Under the pieces are notes generated by a model. That model was not told the DNA's origin. It made no database searches and saw nothing but the letters and a program-made list of their open reading frames with translations. Positions 48,109-57,413 of a stretch of 64,000 bases of DNA are shown one piece after another. A program made the translations under genes and the position numbers. Source of the stretch: an uncultured virus (IMG/VR IMGVR_UViG_3300006467_000276) (taxonomy: Duplodnaviria; Heunggongvirae; Uroviricota; Caudoviricetes); the IMG/VR virus record IMGVR_UViG_3300006467_000276, one strand, 5' to 3'. Within the stretch, counting starts at the first letter, position 1, and each line of letters starts with the position of its first letter.

Positions 48109-48909
48109 TCAACCTCCGATGATTCCGATGGATTTGAGAAGTTCCAGAATCGCTTGGATGATCATCAGAATTGTACCGATGTCAAAGGCTTCTTCTGCAG
48201 TTCCTGTCACAGCTTCAGCTGCATCACCGACAGTTTCGCCGCCTGCAATTTTTGAAATTGCGGCCTTGATCTGAAGTTGAGCACGAGCAGCATCAATTTT
48301 CCAGGCAAATGCAAGAGCTGAAGTCACTTTTTTCATCGCCGCAGTATTGAGAGCACCGCCCACTGCTTCTTTGACTGCTGCATACCAATCGTTGATACGA
48401 CTGCCTGCGTTGAGTTGTGCAGCAATCACGGGAAGACTGACTTTAAGAGCAGCGTCTACCTGCTCTGCCTTCAGGCTGCCTTTCTCCATCAAATCACGAA
48501 GTAGATCAATCGTTGCCATCAGTGATCGAGCTTCTTTTTCGGATTTCAGATGGAGCTTGGATGCGTCGACAATCTTCTGAGTGACCGCATCAGTCGGCGG
48601 CTTTGGATTCGGATCATCCGGATCTTTCGGCGGCGGATTAGGCACACCGACTTCAGAGTCAATAACCAATCTGTCTGCCGGCACCGGTGTAACAGTCGGC
48701 GGATTTGTCGCCGTATCAACAAGAAAACCACCATGCCTGTTGATGACAAGAGTCACGTCACCTGCCGCATGCATCGGGGCATTCAAAAGTATCCCCAGCA
48801 CCGCCGCCCAAACGAAAATCTTGCAATTTTCAAACGCTCGAAACCGCATCGACTTACTCCTCGGAATGAGAAACACAAAACCTGACCAGCCACGAAGCAT
48901 GCGCACCAT
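48109..48909 (-). CDS. Secreted/membrane protein with Pro-rich linker
   Basis: Hydrophobic N-terminal segment, PNPPPKDPDDPNPKPP linker, hydrophobic C-terminus. Confidence 0.6.
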   Translation of the reverse strand: MVRMLRGWSGFVFLIPRSKSMRFRAFENCKIFVWAAVLGILLNAPMHAAGDVTLVINRHGGFLVDTATNPPTVTPVPADRLVIDSEVGVPNPPPKDPDDPNPKPPTDAVTQKIVDASKLHLKSEKEARSLMATIDLLRDLMEKGSLKAEQVDAALKVSLPVIAAQLNAGSRINDWYAAVKEAVGGALNTAAMKKVTSALAFAWKIDAARAQLQIKAAISKIAGGETVGDAAEAVTGTAEEAFDIGTILMIIQAILELLKSIGIIGG

Positions 48910-48963
48910 CTTAACCTGCTCACAAAGAATAACAAGACAGATGGTCGCTGAATTCTTTAGATT

Positions 48964-50640
48964 CTAATCAAATGCCGTACTCCAACTGTCACCGAGGTCA
49001 CTCAACGACGAAGCTTCCTCACTTTCATCTGAATCGCAAATTTCTCGAAGTTCGTCAGGCATTGCATCCATTTCTTCTTCCGTCAAATCGTCTGCAGTGC
49101 CGTCGTCTACAATGATATCGTCATCTGGTGATAACTGAGATTGGTAACCTTCGAGCAATTCGAGAGCCGCTGGCAAGGCGATAGCGACTGCTGTTCCGAC
49201 ATCAGCATGCCCGGTTTGGTCACTGGTGGCGACCAGCTTCTGTCCACTGGTTTTTTCTTCAATATCAAACTTCCCAAAATCATTCTTGAGAGTTTCTTCT
49301 TCATCATCATAGCAGTGGAATCTGCCGTCACTGATGACCTGCACAAACGCCGTTGCCATCTTGATCAGATTGGCTGGAGATGCGAAGGACATTTTTCGCA
49401 TCGGTACGCCTTTTCGACGAAGCCGCTGAGCCATCAACGCTGCCTGGTGCGGATCGAAAAATAGACCCATCAATCGATAAGTTTTGTGGATGTCTCGGCA
49501 CTCTCTCTCGACATCAATCAGATCCACTTCCCCGGTCTTAGCCTTTGGTTTCCATCTCTTCCAATAGGCGGTGATGATCTGCTGCTTGGCATAGTGCACC
49601 CCGAGCACTGCGAATCCAGCATGGTCATGGCTGACTCCTAAGTCGAGTCCTGCAATATAAGTCATCTCAGAATCCGGCAAAGCCGGGCCTTCTAGAGAAA
49701 AACACGATTCGATGACCTCTTGGGCCACTGCATCGCCTTTCCCAGATACCCACACACCCCACCAGAGCCGAAGATACCTACTTCTTGGGTTTCTCTTCTT
49801 CGCATCCTCGATTGTAGATTTATCGTGCCATGGAGCAGGGCGAGCCCAGACAAACACTCGCCAGACGTCAGACTCCATGGCATTCTTTCGCCAAACCTCA
49901 GCCTTAGAGCCTGTGTAACCTGCATTGGTTGCGATGATGACCACACCCTGGGCCACACCGTCGGCATTGTCCATCAGGTTTTCAGCAAACTCCCAGCGAT
50001 TCACGTGGCTCAATTCGTTGATCACCAGAAGGTCAGGAGTACCTCCGTGAGCACCGGCAATGTCGGATGACATGATGTGCAGGTTTGCCATCGGAGATCC
50101 ATCAGCCATTTCTTCCGCACTTCGAGCCGACCACTGCACAACCGTAACTCTTTCGTTGAGCCATTTGTTGTGGTGCAAAAGATGGTTGATACGCGCTTTG
50201 ACAATGGCTGCTTGTTCTTTGTTAGCCGCTCCAATCTGAATATAAAAGGGCCTGATAGGAAATGCCAACAACCAAAGCACAACGACAGCCAAGTCAGAGT
50301 CTTTTCCGGCTTTCTTGGTCCTTTCGACCCAGAATCTTCTCCATTCCGGTTTATCGCCTTTCCTCAGAGCCTCAACACTCGGGGCCAATTCTTCGAAAAA
50401 ACTCCTCTGGTAATCCGCCATGCACCTGTCAAAGATTCGAGGTCCGCCTTGAGAATCAATAGTCAAGCCCCGGACAAAGCACAAGAAATCGTCAGCACTC
50501 CGCTTCTGATACGCCAATTGGATTGCGCGCTCTTTTGCCACGAGATCTCTGTTGTACTGCATCCGTTTCCCTGTGCCTCGAATATCACCTAATCCTGGAT
50601 TCGGAAGATCGACTCCCAGCACATCTTCACGATCAGTCAT
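48964..50640 (-). CDS. Terminase large subunit
   Basis: Q motif DYQR, Walker A-like KKAGKD, AANKEQA, Walker B-like LLVINE, ATNAG, nuclease AGLDLG..HD, FDP, HAD. Confidence 0.85.
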   Translation of the reverse strand: MTDREDVLGVDLPNPGLGDIRGTGKRMQYNRDLVAKERAIQLAYQKRSADDFLCFVRGLTIDSQGGPRIFDRCMADYQRSFFEELAPSVEALRKGDKPEWRRFWVERTKKAGKDSDLAVVVLWLLAFPIRPFYIQIGAANKEQAAIVKARINHLLHHNKWLNERVTVVQWSARSAEEMADGSPMANLHIMSSDIAGAHGGTPDLLVINELSHVNRWEFAENLMDNADGVAQGVVIIATNAGYTGSKAEVWRKNAMESDVWRVFVWARPAPWHDKSTIEDAKKRNPRSRYLRLWWGVWVSGKGDAVAQEVIESCFSLEGPALPDSEMTYIAGLDLGVSHDHAGFAVLGVHYAKQQIITAYWKRWKPKAKTGEVDLIDVERECRDIHKTYRLMGLFFDPHQAALMAQRLRRKGVPMRKMSFASPANLIKMATAFVQVISDGRFHCYDDEEETLKNDFGKFDIEEKTSGQKLVATSDQTGHADVGTAVAIALPAALELLEGYQSQLSPDDDIIVDDGTADDLTEEEMDAMPDELREICDSDESEEASSLSDLGDSWSTAFD

Positions 50641-51575
50641 TCTTTGCACCCTTGAATCGATTGCTGCTTCAGGAATTCTGAAATGTGATCCTCTACACGC
50701 CGTCCGCACCGATCACTGATACCCATCTTCTCTAACCAATCCACACACGCGACCGTCTTGCGAGCTTCTCCAGGCCGTATGCCTGTTCCAATAGTCTGTG
50801 CTTGGTACATCTCAGCTAGAGCAGAAATCGACCAACCGATTTCCGTCCCTACATCATACCAATCTTCAGTTAATTCCGAATCACTGTGATACACTTGAAA
50901 ATTCGTGCTCTCAGCCTTCCGCATAATTCTGACAACATCGTCAACATGAACGAAATCTCGGACCTGACTGCCGTCGCCGGTCACCAAGATACCTGAGCAC
51001 CCATCTCGTAAAGTTTTCTCCCAGCACCCCATCACCGTAGAATATGGACCGTCCTCAATTTGTCGTGGTCCGTACACGTTAAACAATCGAAACACAGCAG
51101 TCCAAACCCGTCCTCGCTGGTGGTACCAACGGCACAAGTGCTCTGCCAGGTACTTGGTACCTGCATAGGGGTTGAGCTGCCAATCAGCTTGCAATGCACT
51201 GGTTGATGCAAAGACTACCTTAGATCGCACAGCAGCAGCAAAATCCAATACATTCTTGGTTCCATCTACATTCACTTCCCAGGTTCTGTCTGGATCTTTG
51301 ATGGACGGCTGGATCCTGCTCACTGCTGCTAAATGGTAGATCCAATCGATCGAACCCGATAGAACGTGTTCAGTGAATTCTTGGATTCTCTTCTTCTGTG
51401 TAACGTCAAGATCTACCAAATGGAAATTTGGATGGACCCCTTGGATGTGCGAAACCTTCTTGATACTTCCGCTACTGAAATCGTCCCATCCAATCACAGT
51501 ATGTCCATCACGAAGCAAGGAGTCAACTAAGTGACTCCCGATAAATCCCGCCGCCCCTGTCACCAAAACTCTCAT
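50637..51575 (-). CDS. NAD-dependent nucleotide-sugar epimerase/dehydratase (extended SDR)
   Basis: VTGAAGFIGSH, HLAA, YAGTK, RLFNVYGP, GDGSQVRDFVHV. Confidence 0.92.
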   Translation of the reverse strand: MRVLVTGAAGFIGSHLVDSLLRDGHTVIGWDDFSSGSIKKVSHIQGVHPNFHLVDLDVTQKKRIQEFTEHVLSGSIDWIYHLAAVSRIQPSIKDPDRTWEVNVDGTKNVLDFAAAVRSKVVFASTSALQADWQLNPYAGTKYLAEHLCRWYHQRGRVWTAVFRLFNVYGPRQIEDGPYSTVMGCWEKTLRDGCSGILVTGDGSQVRDFVHVDDVVRIMRKAESTNFQVYHSDSELTEDWYDVGTEIGWSISALAEMYQAQTIGTGIRPGEARKTVACVDWLEKMGISDRCGRRVEDHISEFLKQQSIQGCKE

Positions 51576-52459
51576 TCGCTGCTTTCTTCTTCGCCAAAAT
51601 CCCATTCACCCGGAGATGCTTCATCTACACTGTTTTTCGGCTTTTTTGATTTCTTCGGCTTCTCCGCCTTACTATCGACTTCCTTCGCTTTCTTCTTGCC
51701 TTGTCTCTGTCGTTCGGTGTGAGCTGCCAAATACTGCTGACTACCCACCTTCACTCCATTCTTCAAATCATCGAGGACGCTCATCGCAGCCATCAACTGA
51801 TCCACTGGAGCTTCAAGATGGTAGCCTTCTACTGACCTTTTGAGCTCTCCGTTATCTTCGACCCCGACACCCGTACGGAGCATCGTCAGCTTTCCAGCTC
51901 CACTACTCAGAGGAATCGAACCTTCGATCTTAGCAGCTTCAACAAAACATTCTTTTGCCAGACGGAGGTGCGAAGCATCTCCAGCCTGTCCAGTTTTCTT
52001 CATTGTAGACTGGACTTCTACTCCAGATCCGTCGCACCGCCGGCACTTCTCGACTTCACCGGGCTTATCTTCATCCGTTCCCAATCCATCACACACAGAG
52101 CAAACCTTCTCAACAACAGTGTGCTCCGTCTTGATATCTCTAGATGCTTCGTACGAATTCAAAGCCAACAGAGCGATATTTTCGATCTGGTGGATTCGAT
52201 TCATCCTCATATCTTCGAGAGATTCTTCAGTCCTCTCTCGCCACCGGGCGCGAATGTCTTTGATAGCCGTGCTGATATGAGGCTGTTTTACTTGAAATGC
52301 CGCTGACAATTGATTCTGATTAGTCACACCTCGAAGTAATTTCGCTTCGAGGCGATTCAAGAATTCAATGTAAGGGATTTTGACACCAGCGACTTCGATG
52401 GATTTTCGGCTATACTCATCGTCGCTACGATCCGGAGGTAGTTGATTTTCTGGACTCAT
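51572..52459 (-). CDS. Putative terminase small subunit with HTH and DnaJ-type Zn finger
   Basis: HTH NQNQLSAAFQVKQPHISTAIKDIRARW; CSVCDGLG/CRRCDGSG; lies two genes upstream of TerL. Confidence 0.55.
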   Translation of the reverse strand: MSPENQLPPDRSDDEYSRKSIEVAGVKIPYIEFLNRLEAKLLRGVTNQNQLSAAFQVKQPHISTAIKDIRARWRERTEESLEDMRMNRIHQIENIALLALNSYEASRDIKTEHTVVEKVCSVCDGLGTDEDKPGEVEKCRRCDGSGVEVQSTMKKTGQAGDASHLRLAKECFVEAAKIEGSIPLSSGAGKLTMLRTGVGVEDNGELKRSVEGYHLEAPVDQLMAAMSVLDDLKNGVKVGSQQYLAAHTERQRQGKKKAKEVDSKAEKPKKSKKPKNSVDEASPGEWDFGEEESSE

Positions 52460-52514
52460 AGTTTCGGCAGACTACAGGCACCGCCTAAGATGTTCAAGTC
52501 CATTCTTCAATTCA

Positions 52515-52763
52515 TCAAAGAGAGAAGCCACCAACAATCAGCCAGGCTCCATTCCGAACGGCTTCAGCGAACTCCTCTTTCTCTACGAAAGGGATCAACT
52601 GATTCCGTTCGGTATCCCACATCAAAGCAAGAAGCTCCTCTTCAAGATCAGGAGGACCATCGGTATTGATGTAGAGTCCGTCGAAGCGTCTCCAGTCGTC
52701 TTCAACCACAAGAAAACGAACAGATTCCTCGTAGTGCCAGATTACAGCAGTCTTACCACTCAT
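52515..52763 (-). CDS. Hypothetical protein
   Basis: ORF with RBS AAGGTG. Confidence 0.6.
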   Translation of the reverse strand: MSGKTAVIWHYEESVRFLVVEDDWRRFDGLYINTDGPPDLEEELLALMWDTERNQLIPFVEKEEFAEAVRNGAWLIVGGFSL

Positions 52764-52808
52764 GTCTTTCTCACCTTTCGTCTAACCGGGCCGTCCTATG
52801 GTCAGCCA

Positions 52809-53033
52809 TCACTCAAAACACCCCCAACCAGAACTCTCTGGCTGCTTTTTATTCTTGCATTTCGGACACGCAACCATTCCATTCGCATGCCATCTCCACC
52901 CATCTCGCTTAGCCTGCTTCTTGCACGATGTATTGGTTCGTCCTGTGTACGTCGCTGGAAACTCGCCGTGACTGTGATCATCATTGAGATGATCACAGTA
53001 TAAATCCATTGTGTAGCAACTGACTTCAGGCAT
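52809..53033 (-). CDS. Small Zn-finger-like hypothetical protein
   Basis: YCD...GW...CPKC. Confidence 0.5.
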   Translation of the reverse strand: MPEVSCYTMDLYCDHLNDDHSHGEFPATYTGRTNTSCKKQAKRDGWRWHANGMVACPKCKNKKQPESSGWGCFE

Positions 53034-53044
53034 AGCTACGGCAA

Positions 53045-53920
53045 TCAAACTACCATGCCGCAATCATCGCACACTACTACTTGCTCGCATCCACCTAAAA
53101 ACAATCCTGTTGTTCTTGGATGCGCACAAACCTCAACCGAAGATTGAATCCGAACTGCTCCTTCTTGGACTCGCCTTTTCACTGACTCCACGTTCGACTC
53201 TGAGACATCAATCGTCACACACCGACGATTCAACGCCTTGGCAACCGTTGCCGTTGTCCCTGATCCCGCGAACGGATCAAGCACTCGATCTCCTTCATCT
53301 GTATAGGCTCGAATCAACCTCTCCAGATACACCTCAGGCAGCTGATTTGGATGATGCGTTCTTCTTTCTTTGCTGGTACCCTGAACTCTCCCCCAGTACG
53401 GACCATCACTCGGCACACCCCAAACAGTCCCTGGTACTCGTTTTCCGCCATTTGCTGTTTCGTGGATCCTCTTGTCTCTGTAAGTTGAGGCTCTGTCCGA
53501 CGTGACCAAAACCTCCTCAGGATTCCACTTGTGCTCACTGTGCTTCGCGTAAATCAAACAATGACAACGAGCATCGATCCAGTTCGATCTCCCGCACTGC
53601 CCAAAACGATAATGCCAGTTCACCCATGCAATACGTCGCATTCCTAGTGCTCGAGCTGCGATGAGATACAGCTCCGCAACATCATCCGGACCGTGCAATG
53701 CCAATACACCGTCACATGCATCCCAGCACACCTCAATCCACTCAGCCGTGAATTCTTCGTAATCATTCCGATTGTCATCGTATCCATCATATCCGTGCCC
53801 GATATTGAACGGTGGATCAGCAAATACGAAATCGAACTTCCCGATCATAGGGACTATTTCTCGGCAATCACCTAATAAGACTTTCACGTCTGAATTCATT
53901 CCCTGCCTTTCGGTACCCAC
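53045..53920 (-). CDS. DNA N6-adenine/N4-cytosine methyltransferase (beta class)
   Basis: ADPPF (motif IV) precedes VLDPFAGSGTT (motif I); HPNQLP. Confidence 0.9.
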   Translation of the reverse strand: MGTERQGMNSDVKVLLGDCREIVPMIGKFDFVFADPPFNIGHGYDGYDDNRNDYEEFTAEWIEVCWDACDGVLALHGPDDVAELYLIAARALGMRRIAWVNWHYRFGQCGRSNWIDARCHCLIYAKHSEHKWNPEEVLVTSDRASTYRDKRIHETANGGKRVPGTVWGVPSDGPYWGRVQGTSKERRTHHPNQLPEVYLERLIRAYTDEGDRVLDPFAGSGTTATVAKALNRRCVTIDVSESNVESVKRRVQEGAVRIQSSVEVCAHPRTTGLFLGGCEQVVVCDDCGMVV

Positions 53921-53923
53921 AGC

Positions 53924-54457
53924 CTATTCTGATAGACACAGAACAAACGAGACCTGTAGTAAATACTTCTTCTTTGCTTCGGGGTGAGGAAATCCAATCA
54001 ATCGAATTCGTCGATTTTCGCAGATTGACTTCTTGAACTCCTCAACCCAATTATTGATAGCCTCACCCGTGACTAAATCCACATCACCATTGAAATCGAA
54101 TTCCTGTTGTTCTCCTGCGTACTCCTTAGGAAAATCAATCGAAATTCTACCTGTACACCGATCCAAATCCAACTCAACGACAAACCCTTCGAGCACCATC
54201 TGACCCGGTGTGCTGGTCGAATCTGCTGCATTTTCAACAGGTGCGGGAACAAATCCTTCATCTCCGTTGCCCCAGGTGCAGACCTGCTTCAAGCACGACA
54301 ACCGACGAGCAGTGGCGGCGAATTCCCAATGCACCCGGATCAAATCCTCTCCGAGGCGTTCTCGAATCTCATCAGCATCCTTGCATATCTTGTCTCGAGA
54401 ATCTTTCCACCTCTTAATTGCAGATTCGATCATCTGAATCAACTTATCAACTGACAC
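53924..54457 (-). CDS. Hypothetical protein
   Basis: ORF in a tightly packed run. Confidence 0.55.
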   Translation of the reverse strand: MSVDKLIQMIESAIKRWKDSRDKICKDADEIRERLGEDLIRVHWEFAATARRLSCLKQVCTWGNGDEGFVPAPVENAADSTSTPGQMVLEGFVVELDLDRCTGRISIDFPKEYAGEQQEFDFNGDVDLVTGEAINNWVEEFKKSICENRRIRLIGFPHPEAKKKYLLQVSFVLCLSE

Positions 54458-54463
54458 GGGACA

Positions 54464-54694
54464 CTACCTTTCCAGGAAAATGAGTTTGTGGAGTTCTTCT
54501 TTCCATGAGACCAATCCGGTAGCCAATCCATCAACCGCACCGCGAAGTAGTCCGTAAATTAAATAGAGAGGAAAACAAACTACTACCAAGAAGATGATAG
54601 TAGATTTCGAAAACGGACGAACCCACCAACGGAGCTCTTGGCGAGATACATTGAATCGATCCTCGATGGAATTGCCGGAGTTTCTTCTCTTCAT
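54464..54694 (-). CDS. Small membrane protein
   Basis: Hydrophobic IIFLVVVCFPLYLIYGLL. Confidence 0.5.
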   Translation of the reverse strand: MKRRNSGNSIEDRFNVSRQELRWWVRPFSKSTIIFLVVVCFPLYLIYGLLRGAVDGLATGLVSWKEELHKLIFLER

Positions 54695-54697
54695 ATC

Positions 54698-54892
54698 TCA
54701 ATTCCTCAACCAAACCCAGAGGATAACGAGAAGCAAGGCACTGTTCAATACTACGTCCGTCTGCAGAAAACCTGGATCGACTTTATCTGGAGCGTACACA
54801 ACAGAAAAACCAAGACCCACTAGATTCCCACAGACACATCCAGCCAGGCAAGAGCAGATCAATCTGGTTTTCTTACGATTCATCGGCTGCAT
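54698..54892 (-). CDS. Small two-TM membrane protein
   Basis: Two hydrophobic segments. Confidence 0.5.
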   Translation of the reverse strand: MQPMNRKKTRLICSCLAGCVCGNLVGLGFSVVYAPDKVDPGFLQTDVVLNSALLLVILWVWLRN

Positions 54893-55133
54893 CCTTTTGG
54901 ATATTCCGCAGTAGCTGCCGTCTTTCCTTTTCTAGGCCTTGCCGATCAACCTCAAAGAACTCATCAGCCAGATTCTGGAATTTCTGGCTGTCGAATGTCT
55001 TAAAGTGCTCTCGTGCATCATTAGAATCAAAATCCAAGCGAACGCCGCGGGCTTCTAACCACTCTAAGAAATCGACGATAGTTGAGTGTTCCCGGCTGAC
55101 TGTTTTCCAGTGATTAAGGTTCTCGTCACTCAT
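54873..55133 (-). CDS. Hypothetical protein
   Basis: Start moved to MSDENL after GAGG. Confidence 0.6.
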   Translation of the reverse strand: MSDENLNHWKTVSREHSTIVDFLEWLEARGVRLDFDSNDAREHFKTFDSQKFQNLADEFFEVDRQGLEKERRQLLRNIQKDAADES

Positions 55134-55144
55134 CTTGCTTCCTC

Positions 55145-55522
55145 TCAGCCATTGGTTGTTTCTTTCAGTGCGATCCCCAGAGCCCGGCACAGGCGCCGTA
55201 CATCGCCGCGTGTTGGAGCCCTGTACAGCGGCACAGACATTGGTGTCAACCAGATACCATGCCCTCGCCACGAGATTCCCCACTCCGATGTCTCACGCAG
55301 GCAGATCGCTGGCCATCCCGTTTGGTCCTCTAGCCATCCGATTGACTCTAACCACTCTACCGTCACGGCTTCGCCATCGTCCGCCGGATGCTCGGCAAGG
55401 TAGGCTTTCGCAAGTGCTTGCCAGTCGGATATCTGCTGGAACGACGCGCCGTCAAGATCCCAGTCAGACTCATAGTTACACGCTCGCAGGCGTTCCGCCG
55501 CTCTTTGAAGCTCGTCAGTCAT
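55145..55522 (-). CDS. Hypothetical protein
   Basis: Start moved to MTDELQ; TRGDVRRLCRALGI C-terminus. Confidence 0.6.
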   Translation of the reverse strand: MTDELQRAAERLRACNYESDWDLDGASFQQISDWQALAKAYLAEHPADDGEAVTVEWLESIGWLEDQTGWPAICLRETSEWGISWRGHGIWLTPMSVPLYRAPTRGDVRRLCRALGIALKETTNG

Positions 55523-55974
55523 TCCGTTACCTCCGATTCGTCGAAAATCATCCAATGAGGAACACACTTCTCTTCGGAGACATGTACCAATATCGGTTTC
55601 TTGAATACACCTTCTGTCAGTGCCTGCCAAGCTACCAATGCTTCTTGCTGAAATCTCTTGTCAGAAGCATCCCGACCACTTCGTAAAGCCGTTGACATGA
55701 GTCGAGTGAATAACGGCCCAGATTGGATAACCAGTGATGCTGAAAAATGAATTCCTCTTAGTGGAGGTTCTTCGTCCTCAAAATGATCACGAGAAACAAT
55801 CAACCGCAAACCACTGTAGAAATCAAAGATGTGTTCCCGCATCTGACTCGGTACCGGCCAGCTCTCTTCTGGTCCGGTGCAAACCTGAGGGGTCTCGATG
55901 GCTGCTGGAAGTCGTTTTCTTAATTGATCGAGAGATTCAGGCTTAAAGGGCCATCGGATTGATCCGTCTTTCAC
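55519..55974 (-). CDS. Hypothetical protein
   Basis: Coupled ORF. Confidence 0.55.
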   Translation of the reverse strand: MKDGSIRWPFKPESLDQLRKRLPAAIETPQVCTGPEESWPVPSQMREHIFDFYSGLRLIVSRDHFEDEEPPLRGIHFSASLVIQSGPLFTRLMSTALRSGRDASDKRFQQEALVAWQALTEGVFKKPILVHVSEEKCVPHWMIFDESEVTE

Positions 55975-56321
55975 TATGCTACTCCTCTGATGGATTTTCT
56001 GGCCGTAATCCCAGATCTGCTACCGCACAAGCACAACACACTGACGGTGCAGCTCCAAGACAAAATCACGATCTTCTTTGGTTCGAAGACTGCAATTGTT
56101 CTATAGAGAGGCGGGTTCAAGTAATTTCCTGCGTACTCGCAGACTGCAATTCCTGGCTTTTCTTCGTTGCTGGCATCATCGTCTGCCACAGTACAGGCAA
56201 ACCACATCGTCCCGTCATCTCGTCTGTAACCAACACTCGTTCCTTCCGGCGGCAACCTCAACTTATCAGCTGGAGTTTCTGAAGGACAATCTCCGCCTGG
56301 TTTGTTCTCAATCTCAAACAC
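55974..56321 (-). CDS. Hypothetical protein
   Basis: GTG start after GGAG. Confidence 0.45.
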   Translation of the reverse strand: MFEIENKPGGDCPSETPADKLRLPPEGTSVGYRRDDGTMWFACTVADDDASNEEKPGIAVCEYAGNYLNPPLYRTIAVFEPKKIVILSWSCTVSVLCLCGSRSGITARKSIRGVA

Positions 56322-56334
56322 GGCTACTCCATCC

Positions 56335-56691
56335 TCACTCTTTGGATTTTACTTCCTGGATTTCCACAATGTTTCGGTAGCTTGAGAGGAATGGAATTCT
56401 CCATCCGTAGACTTTCATCGAGTACGTCCCCGGTACCAACCGTCCTTGGATATCTGATGAGTTGTACTTTCCGTACCACAGGCAATCGGTATTCTCGAAA
56501 GTTTCTTCTGTAGTGAACACCAGATACTTGCTGCGAATGTCTTCACCGCTACCTGTTGTGATTCTCTCCGTCTTGGTGACTGTCGCAGTAACTGTCTCGG
56601 CAGTTCCGTATGCGAACCACGCACTCAATACCACGAAGCTCGCCGCGACCAACAAAAATCCAGCAACACAAAGCCTTTCTTTCCGGTTCAT
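56335..56691 (-). CDS. DUF1523-like membrane-anchored protein
   Basis: N-terminal TM, FENTD...K.NSSD, YGWRIPFLSSYRNIV. Confidence 0.7.
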   Translation of the reverse strand: MNRKERLCVAGFLLVAASFVVLSAWFAYGTAETVTATVTKTERITTGSGEDIRSKYLVFTTEETFENTDCLWYGKYNSSDIQGRLVPGTYSMKVYGWRIPFLSSYRNIVEIQEVKSKE

Positions 56692-56753
56692 CGATTCTCT
56701 CCTTGTTTGATTGTTGACTGTTCTTGAGAGCGGCTGCCCGCTACTCTCAATTT

Positions 56754-57371
56754 CTACTCTTCCTTTGCTGATTCCACTTCTTGAAACACTCCAAGAAGAG
56801 TCCATTCTGCATTCTTCAGTATCGGTGCTTCTGCTGGATCGTCTCCTGCAGGTAGAGCCAAAATGACTGGATCACTAAAGCTCTCTGCCTTACGAAGAGG
56901 AAATGGAAATGGTACGTCTACTCGCTTGATTTCTACCAATTGGTAGAATTTCGGTTCAAACTTGACTCGATAATCATACTCCGCCCAGTTCCAGTCAAAG
57001 GGTTCGACGATGCACGTCAACCAGTTATTCTCGTCCCTGTCATTTCCAATCCTAAGCCGCTCGATGGTTTTCCCATCACGTGCAGCTTCCATGACTGCAA
57101 TCATTTCATCGATCGTCTTTTGCTGCTTCATCTCGTTTCTCCTCGGAGTTTGTTCTGCTTTCGGGTTTCGGTACTCTACTCTCAACTCATGCCGATCCAA
57201 CCACTCATCCACAACCGGTTGGAGTCTGTCTACCAGGTCTTCTATCTGCTCCAGATTCGGAGCAAAAGTATCACCAGCCCATTCAGGAACCAGGAACTCC
57301 TCTTTTTCTAGAGCAGCTCGTTCGATCCATTTCTGGATATCCCATTTACTGATTTTCATCTCGTCACTCAT
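56754..57371 (-). CDS. Hypothetical protein (possible internal start at MKQQKT)
   Basis: First gene of the leftward unit; WNWAEYDYRVK motif. Confidence 0.55.
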   Translation of the reverse strand: MSDEMKISKWDIQKWIERAALEKEEFLVPEWAGDTFAPNLEQIEDLVDRLQPVVDEWLDRHELRVEYRNPKAEQTPRRNEMKQQKTIDEMIAVMEAARDGKTIERLRIGNDRDENNWLTCIVEPFDWNWAEYDYRVKFEPKFYQLVEIKRVDVPFPFPLRKAESFSDPVILALPAGDDPAEAPILKNAEWTLLGVFQEVESAKEE

Positions 57372-57413
57372 TATTTGAATTCTCCAGGCATCCAAAATCC
57401 ACTTGACCAACAC

